Virus genome (UHGV): UHGV-0270338
DNA length: 20,783 bases
From: a virus
Direction: 5' to 3' (one strand)
A program made the position numbers and the translations under genes. Shown here in pieces: positions 18,225-20,783 of the stretch (position 1 is the first letter of the stretch; the number at the start of each line of letters is the position of its first letter). The notes under the pieces are model-generated. The model saw only the letters and a list, made by a program, of their open reading frames with translations, ran no database searches and was not told the origin of the DNA.

Positions 18225-18700
18225 GTGTAATGCCTTTCTATGTGTGTGCCATAATCCCCTATATTCCCTGTGTAAATCATAGAATAATGCTCTCTATTCC
18301 CTGTGTAATTCCCTACTAAAAAATCCAATGAAAAATGGCTTCAAAGTGCAATGTTAGCTTTCTTCACTTTTACATCACTTTCGCAAAGCCTTGTGTAATG
18401 CGGTTTACAGAGCACCATCAGAAATTGTTGGCTAAAAATTGTTCTGCTTGTTTCTGAACGAGTTTTCTCGTTTGTGCAAATTTTAAAATTTATTTTGTTT
18501 TTACAGCCTTATTTCGTGTAATGCGTGGCATAGCAAGCCCTTTTCTTGTGTTGTCAAGACATTTGGCAACGTTCAAACATCTGTTTAGAAATGCCAAATT
18601 GTTGATCTAACAAATAAACCTGTATAAACAGAACACCATTTAATCTATCCCCCTGTGTATCCATTAGGCATACCAAATGAATACATCTAAATCGTGTAAT
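18225..18700. repeat. Dispersed same-orientation GTGTAAT heptad motifs (about 6 copies) upstream of the serine recombinase gene
   Basis: Copies near 18225, 18269, 18302, 18392, 18517, 18694; two share the longer context tattccctgtgtaa(a)t; opposite orientation to the ATTACAC copies left of the iterons. Confidence 0.45.
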
Positions 18701-18793
18701 ATTCCGTACCCATAAGGCTTGAAACAGACCAAATGAATACGATATACTCATTTGCATTGAAGTAGTGCCAAATCGATACATTAAGAGGATTTT

Positions 18794-19333
18794 ATGAGCA
18801 ATATCGGCTATAAGCGTGTGAGCACTGTAGATCAGAACACTGATCGCCAGCTTGCAGGAGTAACGCTTGATAAAGTCTTTGAAGATAAGCTGTCAGGTAA
18901 AGACACTAACCGTCCAGGATTGCAGGCGTGTTTATCCTATCTGAGAGAAGGCGACACCTTACACGTGCACTCTCTCGACCGTTTAGGACGTAACACCTTA
19001 GACATCCTTGCTTTAGTTGAACAACTTAATAATCGAGGTGTGATTGTTCGATTTCACAAAGAAGGAATCATTGCAGACATTACAAGCGCGATGGGAAAAA
19101 TGATGCTTACTATGTTGTCGGCAGTTGCAACGTGTGAACGTGAACTGATGTTAGAGCGTAAACGAGAAGCGCAAGCCGTCAATCCTACAAAGCGTGGTAA
19201 AGGTAAAGCAGTAGATAGGGAAGGTATAAAGAAAGCCCTTTCCGCTGGCGTGTCAGTGCGTAAAACCGCCGAGAGCTTTAATGTTGCTCCTTCAACGGTG
19301 CAACGTATCAAGAAGGAAGAAGAGGAGGCGTAA
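18794..19333 (+). CDS. Small serine recombinase (resolvase/invertase family)
   Basis: 179 aa; N-terminal YKRVSTVDQNTDRQ with catalytic Ser; GKMMLTMLSAVATCERE resolvase core; C-terminal HTH (VSVRKTAESFNVAPSTVQRIKK). Confidence 0.8.
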   Translation: MSNIGYKRVSTVDQNTDRQLAGVTLDKVFEDKLSGKDTNRPGLQACLSYLREGDTLHVHSLDRLGRNTLDILALVEQLNNRGVIVRFHKEGIIADITSAMGKMMLTMLSAVATCERELMLERKREAQAVNPTKRGKGKAVDREGIKKALSAGVSVRKTAESFNVAPSTVQRIKKEEEEA

Positions 19334-19349
19334 TGCCTCCTTGATATTT
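19324..19349 (+). terminator. Hairpin terminator overlapping the recombinase stop codon
   Basis: ggaggc-gtaat-gcctcc followed by ttgatattt. Confidence 0.4.
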
Positions 19350-19660
19350 GGGGATTCTGGATTTTCCAGATCGGGGGGCGCTGATCTTCGCGTTAAACAT
19401 TGATCACGTTTGCGCCGATTTCAGATAAAAAGGCAGCTATTAAGCAATACGTAACTTTTACAATTAGTGAAATTATCTAAAACACAAGTTATATAGATGA
19501 GAAAATGAAATATTATCTTGAACAAATCAAACAAAACAACACATCATCTTGTTGACACCATGCAAAGTGAATAGTAAGCTATTATATGTGAAAATTTGCA
19601 CATTGCATGCAATAAAAAATAAATGATACCTTGTTGTTGTTAAATCAATAGGGGGTATCT

Positions 19661-19819
19661 ATGCGCTTTATCTTATCCATTTTAAAAACCTGCAGAACCA
19701 CAATTACTTTAGCTGTAATTGTTACCATCATATACCTCATCTATTTTACCCCTCGAGATAAAATCGATTCACTAGCGATCATCGTTCATGCAATGGCTAC
19801 ATTAACTAAAAAACTTTAA
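19661..19819 (+). CDS. Small hydrophobic single-TM peptide (candidate type I toxin-like or membrane peptide)
   Basis: 52 aa MRFILSILKTCRTTITLAVIVTIIYLIYFTPRDKIDSLAIIVHAMATLTKKL; SD ggggg 5 nt upstream; below the 60-aa cutoff of the ORF track. Confidence 0.4.
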   Translation: MRFILSILKTCRTTITLAVIVTIIYLIYFTPRDKIDSLAIIVHAMATLTKKL

Positions 19820-19885
19820 TAATTTCACTATCAGGCGCACAAACACATCTTTGATTGCTGGATGTGTTATGCGCCTACTGGTGAT

Positions 19886-20038
19886 TCAATCCTTAAGCCA
19901 TTTCAACTCACTAAGGAGTTTTCTTTCTTCGTTCTCTCGCTGTTTACGCTCTAGCCAGGCTTTTCCCTCTGGCGTAGACAGGAACTTACGAGCGTGAATC
20001 TTGCGGTTATTACGTTTTATAGCTGCAATGTTTTTCAT
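19886..20038 (-). CDS. Small basic protein, convergent with the hydrophobic peptide gene
   Basis: 51 aa MKNIAAIKRNNRKIHARKFLSTPEGKAWLERKQRENEERKLLSELKWLKD; SD agagg 7 nt upstream of ATG. Confidence 0.3.
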   Translation of the reverse strand: MKNIAAIKRNNRKIHARKFLSTPEGKAWLERKQRENEERKLLSELKWLKD

Positions 20039-20627
20039 CGTGTTGCCTCTGTATTCATATGAAAATTAACAAGTTACATACTACACAGGGAGACTACGCA
20101 TAAAACACAATACAAGTAAAGATACATTTTCAAGACAATAGGAGCCATAAAGCGCCTTTGATGGTTATACCAAAAAATAAGCGCCGTAGGCGTATCCACT
20201 AAAAGGGCTTTTTCACAAAAGCTATGAAGTCTTAGCAGTTCTTCTCTTATCAGGCACCCGTTGTACTCCGGTGGACGAAACCGTGCTAGAGCTTGATTCT
20301 TTCCCGATCAAGTTAGGTTTTGAAGAGGTGGGCTTTAATCCACTATTGCACTTAAAACTCTTCCCATCATTTAGCCTGTTTATCCTCTGCAACGTCTCAC
20401 GACGTGTGGCATCATTGGACACCGCGCCAGGTGTGGAACATCTTGCTAAGAGTTTTGGTAGAAGGTTTAGAGACGGTGGCACGTCTTCCAGCTTCAAAGG
20501 AACTTGTTACGAGGTTGAGCCTGGGAACTACTCGCCCATACGTGTTACACTACCAAAGCCCATAACAACGTATAGGCGTTTGTAAGTGATAACAGAAGAT
20601 ACAATTTCTTAGAGAAGTTAAGCTAAG

Positions 20628-20662
20628 TTATTGATTTTCTTGATGGTGCCGATAATAGGAGT
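20628..20662. repeat. att repeat at the intact tRNA-Thr 3' end (right boundary of the second element)
   Basis: Matches 8226..8257 apart from a 2 vs 5 nt spacer difference. Confidence 0.85.
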
Positions 20663-20719
20663 CGAACCTACGACCTTCGCATTACGAATGCGCTGCTCTA
20701 CCAACTGAGCTATATCGGC
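20644..20719 (-). tRNA. thrW: tRNA-Thr (anticodon CGU)
   Basis: Reverse complement reads GCCGATATAGCTCAGTTGGTAGAGCAGCGCATTCGTAATGCGAAGGTCGTAGGTTCGACTCCTATTATCGGCACCA: 76 nt, cloverleaf-compatible, anticodon loop CGT, encoded CCA. Confidence 0.9.
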
Positions 20720-20783
20720 CCTGAAAGGACATGTTCACGAACGTGAATCACGGTGGACAAGGTTAAAACTAACCGGGCGATGC

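Larger units (their letters stand above)
8258..20627. mobile_element. AT-rich ~12.4 kb integrative element (candidate phage satellite / integrative replicon) inserted at tRNA-Thr, in tandem with the prophage remnant
   Basis: Bounded by direct att repeats; own integrase at left end; abrupt compositional shift; compact operons with terminators; no disrupted genes seen. Confidence 0.7.

Noticed and set aside
18554-18781. 75-aa minus-strand ORF just upstream of the recombinase gene
   Set aside because: Lies in the recombinase promoter/heptad region, divergent with no RBS; likely spurious.
19054-19311. 85-aa minus-strand ORF inside the serine recombinase
   Set aside because: Antisense shadow ORF.
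20222-20585. Overlapping ORFs 20222..20497 (minus) and 20271..20585 (plus)
   Set aside because: They are mutually exclusive over the same DNA, lack start signals and have non-protein-like composition; reported only as a non-coding candidate.
8258-20627. Reading the AT-rich block as the remainder of the same P22-like prophage
   Set aside because: It is delimited by its own att repeats, has a separate unrelated integrase at its edge, and differs sharply in composition; the prophage int-att junction at 8224..8257 marks the prophage end.
1-20783. Transposase or IS elements, and restriction-modification or other enzymatic defence genes
   Set aside because: No DDE or IS-type ORF and no terminal inverted repeats; no Walker-A ATPase or nuclease motifs were found by eye in the element's larger proteins.

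Overview
The window holds two horizontally acquired elements stacked at one tRNA-Thr(CGU) gene (20644..20719, minus strand). Region 1..8224 is the int-proximal end of a cryptic P22/KplE1-like prophage remnant: an AT-rich acyltransferase-3 cargo gene, a tail-fibre module remnant (truncated baseplate J, YmfQ-like, tail fibre, Tfa), a frameshifted yfdP-like gene, yfdQ/R/S/T-like genes, then xis and a tyrosine integrase. Region 8258..20627 is a separate, visibly AT-rich ~12.4 kb integrative element bounded by direct repeats of the tRNA-Thr 3' end (8226..8257 and 20628..20662). It carries its own tyrosine integrase, a serine recombinase, a 1.9 kb gene-free repeat-rich stretch with an AT-rich block plus four iterons, an RHH protein, a winged-helix protein whose C-terminus mimics the SSB tip (DDFDIPF), small convergent ORFs, and two minus-strand operons of ORFan proteins. 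One of these looks like an HK97-fold major capsid protein with its own downstream terminator; no terminase, portal or Walker-A ATPase is recognisable. My best reading is an uncharacterised capsid-gene-carrying phage satellite or integrative replicon inserted in tandem with the prophage remnant. All family assignments are from reading the translations and recall, with no database search; coordinates of non-coding features are approximate to a few bases.
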